A DNA stretch of 64,000 nt from Candidatus Latescibacterota bacterium (GCA_965204375.1 OZ241986.1:2400001-2464000), one strand, 5' to 3'. Positions 49,317 to 58,832 are shown, numbered from the stretch's first letter. Notes: generated by a model not told the origin, from the letters alone. Program-made: numbers and translations.

Positions 49317-49757
49317 ATGACTATCAATACAACTCGCTGGGATTCAGCAGAGTACCTCAAAACGGAAGAAGATGTGCAGTTATACCTGGAAGCCTGCCTT
49401 GAAGAAGCAGGAGATGATCCCGTTTTTATAGCCCATGCATTGGGTGTAATTAATCGAGCCAAAAATATGAGCCAGTTCGAGAGCATCAAACAAGGATTAA
49501 CAGAAGCGATTGAACACGCGGCAGGCCGGGTAAGTGAGGCGGTTGTGCATTTTCCACCCACCCCTGATGTGAAATCCATACGGAAGCAAGTTGGGATGAC
49601 GCAAACGGCCTTTGCAGCCACGTTTGGCGTTAGTCTCAGTACGCTACGTCGCTGGGAGCGCGGTGACCGAACCCCTCAGGGACCCGCACGAGTGTTGCTA
49701 CATTTGGTCGCCCACGAACCTCAGGCGGTTTTGAGGGCGTTGGAGAAAGTGCGTTGA
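49317..49757 (+). CDS. Chimeric antitoxin: HI1420-like addiction-antidote N-terminus fused to a HigA-like XRE protein
   Basis: WD.AEYL.TEED...YL.A..E...D...IA.ALG...RAK.MSQ joined to FESIKQGL.EA...DVK.IR....TQ..FA.......LR.WE.G.R.P.GPA..LL. Confidence 0.7.
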   Translation: MTINTTRWDSAEYLKTEEDVQLYLEACLEEAGDDPVFIAHALGVINRAKNMSQFESIKQGLTEAIEHAAGRVSEAVVHFPPTPDVKSIRKQVGMTQTAFAATFGVSLSTLRRWERGDRTPQGPARVLLHLVAHEPQAVLRALEKVR

Positions 49758-49924
49758 ACGACCGACCCGTATCGCGTCTCGTTCCCGGTCACGAGGAGAA
49801 ACCGAGCATGTTTGGCAGGGACCGGCATAAAATTCGCATCCTCGGCGACATTATTGAACCGATCGGCGTAACATGGGAGGCAGAAAAGGGGAAGTCGTGG
49901 AAGGAGGAAGATGATACTGCTTGA
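49757..49924 (+). pseudogene. Phd/YefM antitoxin, C-terminal fragment
   Basis: Manual translation NDRPVSRLVP...MFGRDR.KI.ILGDIIEPI...WEA; N-terminal DNA-binding part missing; overlaps the vapC start. Confidence 0.65.
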
Positions 49925-50075
49925 TACCCATGTGCTACTGTGGCTAAGAACAGGGGACGCTCGACTGGGGCCAATGACTCGCCGAGTGATTGGTCGTGCA
50001 GAAAACGAAGGCGAAGTAGCGGTCTCCGCTGAACCTACCGTCTCTAACCGCCCGGCAGTGGAACGTTTTGGCTGA
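49911..50075 (+). pseudogene. Truncated VapC/PIN toxin
   Basis: AAGGAGG RBS; MILLDTHVLLW......LG...R..I.......VAVSA, then unrelated sequence and stop at 54 aa. Confidence 0.75.
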
Positions 50076-50128
50076 ATAGAAAGGCGTTGAGTTCGGGTTT
50101 GAGTAGATGTTTGCTTTGGATAAATTTC

Positions 50129-50160
50129 AATGGGGTCGCTCTCTGCAGAGCGACCCCATT
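50129..50160. terminator. 14-bp perfect hairpin between convergent units
   Basis: aatggggtcgctct-ctgc-agagcgaccccatt. Confidence 0.7.
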
Positions 50161-50234
50161 TCAAATCAAGTTACTCGGGCTTACTTACTATAGGGAGAAG
50201 AAAAAGTCGTTCTGATCCCACAAAATTGAGAATA

Positions 50235-50609
50235 TCAACCCGTGCCCGTATTGGCGAGCTCTTCTGGACTCTTACTCGTCCATTCAGGAGCATGGAGAAG
50301 GACCGGCGCACGGTCTTCCTCCGACCAAATGGGCATAGAAAGTCCCCAGTATAAAAAATGGATCCTATGCCCATTTTCTTCTATCTCGTTTTCGCGACCA
50401 TCTTTTGTGTAAACCACTACGATGTCACCCGTTTTTACTCTTTTATCGGGAAACCAATAGGTGTTGTACGCATGCGTGGTTAAGCCGCTGTCGTAAACCG
50501 TTTGGAGCAATATATATTCACCAATATCTGTATTGGCACGCACATTAAGGATCAGGCGTTCCTTTTTCAGATCCCCCTTATTTTCTAAGGAAAGAATAGC
50601 CAGTCTCAT
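50235..50609 (-). CDS. Hypothetical protein, lamin-tail-domain-like beta-sandwich
   Basis: ER.......DIG.Y, YWFP...V..GD.V.VYT..G, YWG....IW pattern; no signal peptide. Confidence 0.5.
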   Translation of the reverse strand: MRLAILSLENKGDLKKERLILNVRANTDIGEYILLQTVYDSGLTTHAYNTYWFPDKRVKTGDIVVVYTKDGRENEIEENGHRIHFLYWGLSMPIWSEEDRAPVLLHAPEWTSKSPEELANTGTG

Positions 50610-50704
50610 GACTTCACCACCTTCTCACTTTAGCGGCAATACCGCCGAGAATCAATTCTCTTTCGGCACTAATTTTTAGGGCACTATGTAGCAGAGTGCC
50701 GGTC

Positions 50705-50974
50705 CTAAACAATTTCACTATTGACCAGGTGCTTGTAATAGCTTTCTTGAGACATGTTGCAAGAGGCAATCTCTTGATATTGCTGTTTCGTGATATGCAG
50801 TTGTTTACAAAATGATTTCAGAAGGCCGTGTCCAACATCTCCATTTCCGTGACTTACACCTGTTTTTACACGCTTTGTTTCTTTTGGAAATACCCATTTT
50901 TCATGTTTTTTCCCTCCATCGTGAACAAATCCGAGCTTTCTAAGAACCTTTCGTCTATGTTCTGCCAAAGTCAT
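50705..50974 (-). CDS. HicA-like toxin
   Basis: L.KLGF....G.KH, T.VSHG..DV..GLL....KQL. Confidence 0.65.
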   Translation of the reverse strand: MTLAEHRRKVLRKLGFVHDGGKKHEKWVFPKETKRVKTGVSHGNGDVGHGLLKSFCKQLHITKQQYQEIASCNMSQESYYKHLVNSEIV

Positions 50975-51405
50975 ACCTTGAAGACCTCTTTTAAGAATTT
51001 ATATCGCCTTTTCTGATATGGGGAACTATCGTTGTCTTTGGATTTTTTGAGTTCTTTAATATCTTGAATATCGTCGCAAACAATCTCGACCAAGACATCC
51101 AACGCATCTTCCCAACTATCATTGCTACCACCAATAATGCTCGGAAAATCTTCAAAAAACACCGCCCATGATCCGTCTCGAAATTCCTCAAAGGTAACAA
51201 TGTGATGTCCGCCAGGTAAAGGCAAATTAGCCTTTATCCAGCGAACTGGTTCGTCCTCTTGTGGTGGTGCAAGGGATTCAGGTTCTTTGCGGGAATAATC
51301 ATCCAGACAAGCATGACCTTTTTCCTCAAAACGGCTTAGTAATGATTGACGAACTAACCAAGAGGCTTCAGTCTCCTCTGGTGGACCTGCTGACATCATA
51401 GACAT
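50971..51405 (-). CDS. HicB-like antitoxin with N-terminal extension
   Basis: F....DGSW....EDFP...G....EDAL..L.E; ATGA overlap with the downstream hicA-like gene. Confidence 0.55.
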   Translation of the reverse strand: MSMMSAGPPEETEASWLVRQSLLSRFEEKGHACLDDYSRKEPESLAPPQEDEPVRWIKANLPLPGGHHIVTFEEFRDGSWAVFFEDFPSIIGGSNDSWEDALDVLVEIVCDDIQDIKELKKSKDNDSSPYQKRRYKFLKEVFKV

Positions 51406-51477
51406 GTTAGGCTCCTTGTGTTAAGTAAAAAAACGATATAGTATAATATCACACAGGTCAAGCGATTTTCCGGCACT

Positions 51478-51587
51478 ATCCTGCATAATCCCCACTGATG
51501 CAGGATGTTACTTGAAAAGGCATGTCTGACAGCCTTGACAACACCTGAATTTTCGGCTATTTTGCAATCCCACTGCAAAATAGCCGA
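51478..51587. repeat. Two hairpins with near-identical loops
   Basis: atcctgcat-aatccccactg-atgcaggat (51478-51506); tcggctattttgca-atcccac-tgcaaaatagccga (51553-51587). Confidence 0.65.
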
Positions 51588-51664
51588 GTTTTTCATCTCA
51601 AAATGTACATTTTCCGTACACTTGAACTCTTTGTCGCACCTTCCCGATTTTCCATCTCACCTTA

Positions 51665-52624
51665 ATGATACCCGACCTCTTACCCTTAAAACCCTACCTC
51701 CGCGAAACCGTCTGGGGAGGGCGCAGCCTGGGGACACACTACAACAAAGCACTACCTCCAGATGTGCCCATTGGCGAATCGTGGGAAGTCTCGGCATACA
51801 GTGGAATGGAAAGCATTGTTGCAGACGGTCCCTTTGCCGGACAAAACCTCGCAGACCTCGTCACAAATTACGGCGCAGACCTCCTCGGACAGCGCGTTAT
51901 CCAGCGTTACGGCACCGAATTTCCATTGCTCATCAAACTCCTCGATGCGCGTGACGACCTCTCCATCCAGGTACACCCCGACGACACCTATGCCCGTGCA
52001 GAAAACCTGGGCACGTATGGCAAAACAGAAGCGTGGTACGTACTCAAATCAGACCACGGGCGCGTGGCGTGTGGCCTGAAAAACGGCGTCGATAAACACA
52101 GCTTGAAATTATCCATCCGGGAAAACCGCGTGCAGGACACCGTGCAATTCTTCGATGTACAGGAAGGCGATGTGATCTTCGTGCCCCCCGGCACAGTACA
52201 CGCCCTGTGCCAGAACGTCATGATCTACGAAGTACAACAATCCAGCGACCTCACCTTTCGCATCTACGACTACAACCGCCCCGGCACCGATGGCAAACCG
52301 CGCGAACTGCACATTGACCGCGCCCTCGATGTCATCGCCTTTGACGCACCCGCGCCAGAACCGCGACACTCGCGCCACGATGCAAACGCCACACTCATAG
52401 GAGCGGAAGACACCGAATACTTCCGCCTCGAACGCTTCGCCCCTGCGAGCACCATCCAGCACACCTATCCCACATTCGCAGCACTCACCATCCTCGCCGG
52501 TCAAGCCCACTTAAACAAAACCTTCACTGCCCAAACAGGCGACACCTTCTTCATCCCCGCCAATCGCACCATCACCATCTCGCCCGAAGAACAGGTGGAA
52601 TATTTGATCTCATCATGTGGGTAA
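51665..52624 (+). CDS. manA: Mannose-6-phosphate isomerase, class I
   Basis: VWGG, GESWE.S, FPLL.K.LDA...LS.QVHPDD, K.EAWY, GTVHA, EVQQ.SD.T.R.YDY. Confidence 0.92.
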   Translation: MIPDLLPLKPYLRETVWGGRSLGTHYNKALPPDVPIGESWEVSAYSGMESIVADGPFAGQNLADLVTNYGADLLGQRVIQRYGTEFPLLIKLLDARDDLSIQVHPDDTYARAENLGTYGKTEAWYVLKSDHGRVACGLKNGVDKHSLKLSIRENRVQDTVQFFDVQEGDVIFVPPGTVHALCQNVMIYEVQQSSDLTFRIYDYNRPGTDGKPRELHIDRALDVIAFDAPAPEPRHSRHDANATLIGAEDTEYFRLERFAPASTIQHTYPTFAALTILAGQAHLNKTFTAQTGDTFFIPANRTITISPEEQVEYLISSCG

Positions 52625-52628
52625 ATCG

Positions 52629-52895
52629 CTAAACCTGAGCTTCGCCGTAGAGGTCAATACGAGCGCGGAGGGAGGGCTTAATGAAAACATCGTCGAGGGA
52701 CAATTGGGAAAAAGCGTGTGCGAGAATATCGACCTGCGTGGGCACATCGAGGCGGTAATCGAGAATCAGACGCTGTTCGCCGCGCACGACACACAGACCA
52801 CCTGTACCACCCATGAGGTCTTCGCGGAAGAGGGGAATATTCAGACGATGGGCAAGAGCTTCAAATTCTTGCAGAAGTTGGGAATCGGTCATCAT
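52629..52895 (-). CDS. Conserved-looking small hypothetical protein
   Basis: L.EFE.LA..L.I....E.....GGLC.V.G......D..L; D.VFIKP.LR; start trimmed to MMTDS. Confidence 0.6.
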   Translation of the reverse strand: MMTDSQLLQEFEALAHRLNIPLFREDLMGGTGGLCVVRGEQRLILDYRLDVPTQVDILAHAFSQLSLDDVFIKPSLRARIDLYGEAQV

Positions 52896-53003
52896 GTAAA
52901 AATCAAGGACTGAAACTTGAGGAAAGTCGCATCTGATATTTGCAAATATAGCGAAATTAAAAAAATGCACAACTGGATCGGCGAAGGTCGGTCCAGTTTT
53001 TTA

Positions 53004-54620
53004 TCAAAGAATATGTCCTTTGATATATGCTTTCAGATCGGATAACGTATTCGCATCGCCCGGCAAGAGCGGAAGGCCGCCAATGCCATGGGAAAGGCTG
53101 GTATAAAAAGCGTGGATCTGATACGCGGGATCTACCTGAGCGGGAAACAGAACAACAGCACTTTTGAGAATGCGCTGAAAATCTGTGTCTATCACCTGGC
53201 CAATAGCATCCCGGTAGGCGTGCATCTTATCAATATCTTCGCGCATGGGAATCCACGTCCCATTGTAATCTTCGCGGCGATATTTGGCGTCAAATGCATA
53301 AATAGCGCGTTCTCTACTGGATTTAGGCATTCCAGCACATGCATTCGAGTTATAGACTTCAATAATGACATCGGGTCTCAGATCATGTGTGAGCGCGCGT
53401 CCCGACGAAGTGGTATAGGTCATATTGTAGAGACAACGGATGCGGCACTCGCCGCGCCGAAGATATATCGCAGAGGATTCGCCCTGCGCGGGAGAAACGC
53501 TCAGACCGCGGTTGGTCAGATGAAAAAGGTTATCATCGCGGATCGGAACAAAGCCCATATCGCACAGAGAGTGAACGAGCGTAAAATAGACCCAGTATTC
53601 GTAAAGAGCGTGCGTATCGCGATAAGACAGATCAAATGGACCACCCGTACAGGGCGCGAGCGCGCGATTGAGATCGCGGATGAGCGCAAAAGCCATCTGG
53701 TAACGCACATCGAGATGAACGGGCAAAGCGTCATCGCGTCGCGCAGGCGGCAAAGGGAGCAACCGCAAGCAGCGATCGACGTATATTTTCAGGCGATGCC
53801 CCAGATCAGTATATGCGATCGGTCTCGCACGCAGGGACAGGCGCTTTAAGCGTGCAACCAGATGGCGATTGAGTGGCGTATCAATATCGGAATGGCGATG
53901 GGTCTCGCGCAAATGCGTACAGACGATACCGTCCGCTATGGGCAAGTGTGGGAGATCGGTTCCGCTATGTGTCCAGAATTGTGGAGAGCGAATCATATCG
54001 ACAATAGCATCGGGATCGCGGCCCTGTGCGCGATCAACCGCGCGGATGCGTTGAACGGTTTTGAGATGGCGGTGCGGACGTTTGAGAATCGCATGCAAAG
54101 TGTGGACGAGTTGATTCAGAAGACGATTCAGCACTTGATGAAAGTCTAAATTGCTACCCTTATCATCTGTCAGACGCGTTGAGATACGGGTTTGATCGGG
54201 CAGAAGATAAACGAGTTCGCGGCTGACACGCTCGAGATCGGCACGCATGAATTGATAATCGGTTTCGTAGTCGAGATGCGAGGGACGCACATCGAGTTCG
54301 GCATAGAGCAGGTCGGCCTGATCTGAGCGAATGCAAAAACGGATATGCCCAGGATGATCGCCCGTTGCGAGCCGCCCCCACAGCGCGTTCCCGTCGCGGA
54401 GAAAACCGAGCGTCTCCGCGGGTTGATCGTCTATATAGACCGAAATATCTTTCTCATTGAGCGGACGGATGAGGCAGTTGCACTCAGTGGCTTCTACCAG
54501 ATGATCAGCAATCACATTGCACTGCACTGGAGAGAGCAAAATGCGGGCCTGGTCGTTTTCTGCGACAAGACCATCGGATGTCTGCGCAAAAGAAGCGCGG
54601 ATGTGTTGACCTGAGTCCAT
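53004..54620 (-). CDS. DUF2357 plus PD-(D/E)XK nuclease (McrC-like)
   Basis: LDYE.DY..M..D, DT..N, LYEYW.Y, RPD.......FDAKYR, DIDKMHAYRDAI. Confidence 0.82.
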   Translation of the reverse strand: MDSGQHIRASFAQTSDGLVAENDQARILLSPVQCNVIADHLVEATECNCLIRPLNEKDISVYIDDQPAETLGFLRDGNALWGRLATGDHPGHIRFCIRSDQADLLYAELDVRPSHLDYETDYQFMRADLERVSRELVYLLPDQTRISTRLTDDKGSNLDFHQVLNRLLNQLVHTLHAILKRPHRHLKTVQRIRAVDRAQGRDPDAIVDMIRSPQFWTHSGTDLPHLPIADGIVCTHLRETHRHSDIDTPLNRHLVARLKRLSLRARPIAYTDLGHRLKIYVDRCLRLLPLPPARRDDALPVHLDVRYQMAFALIRDLNRALAPCTGGPFDLSYRDTHALYEYWVYFTLVHSLCDMGFVPIRDDNLFHLTNRGLSVSPAQGESSAIYLRRGECRIRCLYNMTYTTSSGRALTHDLRPDVIIEVYNSNACAGMPKSSRERAIYAFDAKYRREDYNGTWIPMREDIDKMHAYRDAIGQVIDTDFQRILKSAVVLFPAQVDPAYQIHAFYTSLSHGIGGLPLLPGDANTLSDLKAYIKGHIL

Positions 54621-54699
54621 TGTTCACGTAGATTTCAAAGGTGTTTGTTTTCAACCATTTTACGGAGGTCGCCTGCGATAATGAATATAAGGAGGAGTT

Positions 54700-55338
54700 G
54701 TGATTCGTGCAATTTTGTGGGACAATGATGGCGTGCTGGTAGATACCGAAGGTCTGTACTTTCAGGCGGGATATGAAGTATTGGCAACACAGGGGGTTGA
54801 ACTAACGCCTGAGGATTTTGCCGAACAATCTCTTAAAAAAGGGCTGAGTGTATTCGATTTTCTGCCCGATCAAAATGCCGAATTGATCGAGCAGTTGCGC
54901 TTGAAACGCAATGCGCGGTACAGCGCATTATTAGCCGAAGGTGTACAGATCGTGGATGGCGTGATAGAAACACTCGAAACATTCCAGGGCCGCGTACAAA
55001 TGGGCATTGTAACGGGTTCTCGCAGAGATCACTTCGACATTGTTCACGCAAAGACGGATTTGCTCCCATTCTTCGACTTTGTGCTGGCAAGAGAAGATTA
55101 CGAAGAAGCAAAGCCACACCCAGACGCGTATTTAACGGCCATGCGATTGCACGGGCTACAACCCAATGACTGTGTAGTTGTAGAAGATTCTGAGCGCGGA
55201 TGTGTCGCGGCAGCAGCGGCCGGCTTGCGCGTACTCGCTGTGCCAAATGCGCTGTCGAAATACGGAGACTTTTCATCTGCGTACAAAATACTGAACTCTG
55301 TGCGAGATGTGGTAAATGAGATAGAGAAGTTGAACTGA
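54700..55338 (+). CDS. HAD-superfamily phosphatase
   Basis: WDNDGVLVDTE, T.S, KP.PD.Y, EDS..G. Confidence 0.88.
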   Translation: MIRAILWDNDGVLVDTEGLYFQAGYEVLATQGVELTPEDFAEQSLKKGLSVFDFLPDQNAELIEQLRLKRNARYSALLAEGVQIVDGVIETLETFQGRVQMGIVTGSRRDHFDIVHAKTDLLPFFDFVLAREDYEEAKPHPDAYLTAMRLHGLQPNDCVVVEDSERGCVAAAAAGLRVLAVPNALSKYGDFSSAYKILNSVRDVVNEIEKLN

Positions 55339-55376
55339 GTCTATTTTTAAGCTCTTAACAAAACGAGGTATATGTA

Positions 55377-57449
55377 ATGAGTGAATTAAAAAACAATCCC
55401 CTCCTGGTCAAAGAGGGATTGCCGAGGTACGACGAAATTAAACCAGAGCACGTTGTACCGGGCGTAAAACATATGATATCAGAAGCAGAGAAACAGATTG
55501 CGGCATTAGAGCAAAACATGACCCCATCGTGGGATGGGTTGCTTGCCCCCCTCGAAGAACTCGACGTACCCTTTTCTTATGCCTGGGGACCGGTGGGCCA
55601 TCTGCTAAGTGTAAAAAATTCGGATGATTTGCGCGAAGCACACGAGGCAGTCCTGCAAGATGTCGTGGCTTATGGTCTGCGCGTGCGGCAAAGCCGGCCC
55701 ATTTACGAAGGCCTGGTGGCAATTCGAAACGGCGAGGAATGGGCAAAGCTGAATGAGGCTCAAAAGCGATGTATCGAGCTGAAAATTCGCACAGCAGAAC
55801 ACGCCGGAGTAGGCTTAGAGGGCACATCAAAGGAACGCTTTAACGAAATCGCCAAAGAATTGTCGCAAATCAGCACAGATTTTTCTAACCACGTACTGGA
55901 TGCGACCAAAGATTATGAACTAATCATTGAAAATAAAAAAGATACGAAGGACTGGCCGAACAGTTTGCGACAAGTAGCCGCGCAGTCTTATGCACAAGCC
56001 AATGAGGGCAGCGAAGCCACACCGAAAAATGGTCCCTGGCGCATTACACTGGATTTCCCGAGCTTTTATCCCTTTATGCAACACCACCGCGTGCGAGACC
56101 ACCGCGAGCAAGTGTACAAAGCCTATGTCCAGCGCGCATCCTCTGGCGAATGGGACAACAGCGATCTGATTGCGCGCACCTTAAAATTGCGCAAAGAGCA
56201 ATCCGTGCTCCTGGGGTTTGCGACCTATGCAGACAGGAGCCTGGATGTCAAAATGGCCCCCGATGTCGCATCTGTAGAGCGCATGATCGGCGAATTGCAG
56301 GCGGCTTCGCAGCCCCATAGCGAAAATGACTTTGGCGCGCTGGAAGCCCTGGCAAAGGAAAGTGGTCAGGAAGAGCCAGTCATGCACTGGGATACGTCCT
56401 TCTGGTCCGAGCGGTGGCGCGAGCAAAAATTCGATTATACCGACGACCAGCTACGCCCTTATTTTCCACTTCCCAGAGTACTCGATGGCATGTTTGCATT
56501 GGCAGAACGCCTTTTTGATATTGAGATCGCGCGGGCCGATGATGAAGACGCGCACAAATGGCATGAAGATGTGCAGTTCTTCAAAGTACTCCGCGATGGC
56601 GAGCGCATCGCGTCGTTTTATCTGGACCCCTATTCCCGTCCAGCAGAAAAGCGCGGTGGCGCGTGGATGAACGACTGTCTGGGACGGCGATGGCTCAACG
56701 GCGAACTACGCTTGCCCGTAGTACATCTCGTGTGCAACGGCACGCCACCCGTGGGTGACACGCCATCGCTGATGAGTTTTTCAGAAGTAGAAACCCTGTT
56801 CCACGAGTTTGGCCACGGGTTGCAGGGCATGTTGACAACCGTTGATTACGCCGATGTAGCGGGATTGCACGGTGTGGAATGGGATGCCGTGGAAATTGCC
56901 AGTCAGTTCATGGAAAACTGGTGTTATCAAAAACCCACGCTAATTGGAATGACCGCACACGTAGAAACGGGAGAGCCTCTGCCAGATGACCTGTTTGAGA
57001 AAATCGTCGCCGCGCGCACATTTCAGGCGGGGTCTCTGATGATGCGTCAGTTATCCTTTGGAAAAACAGACATGCTACTGCATTCTGCCTACGATCCAGA
57101 TGGCGAAGAAACGGCTTTTGATGTGGAGCGCAGGGTAACCGAAGAAATGTCCGTATTGCCCCCGCTGCCAGAAAGTCGCTTCTTGTGCTCATTCTCCCAT
57201 ATTTTTTCCGGAGGCTATGCCGCCGGATACTACAGCTACAAATGGTCAGAGGTACTGAGCGCAGATGCATTCGGCGCGTTTGAAGAAGCCGGACTGGACG
57301 ATGAAGAAGCCGTAAAAGCAACCGGGTGCAAATTCCGCGACACAATTCTCGCCCTGGGCGGTAGCAAACACCCCATGGATGTGTACCGAGAATTTCGCGG
57401 ACGCGAACCGAGCACAGAGGCATTGCTACGGCACAATGGCCTGTTGTAA
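55377..57449 (+). CDS. prlC: Oligopeptidase A (M3)
   Basis: NPLL, KRGGAWM, FHEFGHGL, VEWDAVE..SQ.MENW, GGYAAGYYSYKW. Confidence 0.93.
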   Translation: MSELKNNPLLVKEGLPRYDEIKPEHVVPGVKHMISEAEKQIAALEQNMTPSWDGLLAPLEELDVPFSYAWGPVGHLLSVKNSDDLREAHEAVLQDVVAYGLRVRQSRPIYEGLVAIRNGEEWAKLNEAQKRCIELKIRTAEHAGVGLEGTSKERFNEIAKELSQISTDFSNHVLDATKDYELIIENKKDTKDWPNSLRQVAAQSYAQANEGSEATPKNGPWRITLDFPSFYPFMQHHRVRDHREQVYKAYVQRASSGEWDNSDLIARTLKLRKEQSVLLGFATYADRSLDVKMAPDVASVERMIGELQAASQPHSENDFGALEALAKESGQEEPVMHWDTSFWSERWREQKFDYTDDQLRPYFPLPRVLDGMFALAERLFDIEIARADDEDAHKWHEDVQFFKVLRDGERIASFYLDPYSRPAEKRGGAWMNDCLGRRWLNGELRLPVVHLVCNGTPPVGDTPSLMSFSEVETLFHEFGHGLQGMLTTVDYADVAGLHGVEWDAVEIASQFMENWCYQKPTLIGMTAHVETGEPLPDDLFEKIVAARTFQAGSLMMRQLSFGKTDMLLHSAYDPDGEETAFDVERRVTEEMSVLPPLPESRFLCSFSHIFSGGYAAGYYSYKWSEVLSADAFGAFEEAGLDDEEAVKATGCKFRDTILALGGSKHPMDVYREFRGREPSTEALLRHNGLL

Positions 57450-57473
57450 AGCTCAGGAGATGAGGAAATCATA

Positions 57474-58766
57474 ATGTTAGAATTCATTTTCAACTGGTTA
57501 CTCAGCCTGGGTGTCGAACCAGAGATGACTAAAACCTGGGCCGCACCACTATTGGTGGGGCTGTGCATTCTGGTGCTCAGTGTGATTGCCGATTTTATAG
57601 TGAAGCGCATAGCTCTGCGAACGCTGAAATACCTGATTGAAAAAACGACAACACCCTGGGATGATGCATTTGTAGAGCATCGGGTTCTGGACCGATTGGC
57701 GCATCTGGCTCCCGCAGTGGTCATCTACCTTTTAGCCGACTTGCCATTTGCGGGAATGACAGAAGCAGACCGGGATTATTGCGTAGCAATTGTTCGGGAT
57801 GCCGTGCAAATTTTTGTCGTGATCGTCAGTGTCTGGAGCATTGGGGCATTTCTCAATGCCGCGCTATCTGTCTATCAGACATTTGAGATCTCCCGAGAAG
57901 TCCCTGGCAGGGGTTTTGTGCAGGTTTTGAAAATACTGACGTATTTTGTAGGCGGCATTTTGATTTTGTCAATTTTGTTAGACCGCAATCCCGTATATTT
58001 TCTGAGCGGATTGGGCGCATTGATGGCCATACTTTTGCTGGTATTTAAAGATGCCATCATGGGACTGGTCGCGGGCATACAACTGAGTGCTAATAAAATG
58101 GTCGCCGTGGGCGATTGGATTGAGATGCCGAAATACGGTGCTGATGGGGATGTCATTGAAGTGGCATTGACCACCGTAAAGGTGCAAAACTGGGACAAAA
58201 CGATTACCTCGATCCCTGCGTATTCATTGATCAGCGAATCGTTTAAAAACTGGCGCGGGATGCAAGAATCGGGTGGGCGTCGGATCAAGCGGTCAATTTT
58301 AATAGATATTCAAACAATCAAATTTTGCGACGAAGAGATGTTGGCCCGGTTTTCAAAAATCAAATACATCGCTGCCTATATCGAACATAAGAAAGACGAA
58401 CTGGCAAAATTCAACCAGACGCAAGAGATAGATGAGTCGAGTCTCGTAAATGGGCGGCGCATGACCAATGTGGGCACGTTTCGGGCATACATCGTCGCGT
58501 ATTTGAGACACCATCCAAAAGTCAACCTGGAAATGACATTTTTGGTGCGACAACTACCGCCACAAGAACACGGCTTACCAATAGAAATATACGTTTTCTG
58601 CAGCGATACGGTATGGGCGAATTACGAGGCGATTCAGGCGGATATTTTCGACCACATCCTATCCGTAGTACCCGAGTTTGATCTCAGCGTATTTCAGGCA
58701 CCAACAGGGCATGATTTTAAGCATCTCAGTAAAAGATTTATACCACCACCGGGCCGAAGAGGCTGA
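57474..58766 (+). CDS. MscS-family mechanosensitive channel (YbdG/MscM-like)
   Basis: FKD.I.GLVAGIQ, GDWIEMPKY.ADGDV, NWDKTI, GGRRIKRS, TN.G.FRAY. Confidence 0.9.
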   Translation: MLEFIFNWLLSLGVEPEMTKTWAAPLLVGLCILVLSVIADFIVKRIALRTLKYLIEKTTTPWDDAFVEHRVLDRLAHLAPAVVIYLLADLPFAGMTEADRDYCVAIVRDAVQIFVVIVSVWSIGAFLNAALSVYQTFEISREVPGRGFVQVLKILTYFVGGILILSILLDRNPVYFLSGLGALMAILLLVFKDAIMGLVAGIQLSANKMVAVGDWIEMPKYGADGDVIEVALTTVKVQNWDKTITSIPAYSLISESFKNWRGMQESGGRRIKRSILIDIQTIKFCDEEMLARFSKIKYIAAYIEHKKDELAKFNQTQEIDESSLVNGRRMTNVGTFRAYIVAYLRHHPKVNLEMTFLVRQLPPQEHGLPIEIYVFCSDTVWANYEAIQADIFDHILSVVPEFDLSVFQAPTGHDFKHLSKRFIPPPGRRG

Positions 58767-58796
58767 AAACCCAATTCGCAAATATTAAATCGTTTT

Positions 58797-58824
58797 ATCT
58801 GTGTTCATCTGCGTTCATCTGCGG
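58797..58824. repeat. 10-bp tandem repeat family copy 3
   Basis: atctgtgttc atctgcgttc atctgcgg. Confidence 0.8.
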
Positions 58825-58832
58825 ATACTTTT

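Larger units (their letters stand above)
32865..51660. mobile_element. Defence/genomic island (boundaries approximate; no integrase seen)
   Basis: Contiguous RM, Bil, regulator, nuclease and TA genes with a codon style visibly different from the flanks, between the TBDR gene and manA. Confidence 0.6.

Noticed and set aside
52629-52895. Small ORF as a third IrrE-like protease
   Set aside because: It reads LAHAFSQ rather than HEXXH, is too short and lies outside the island.
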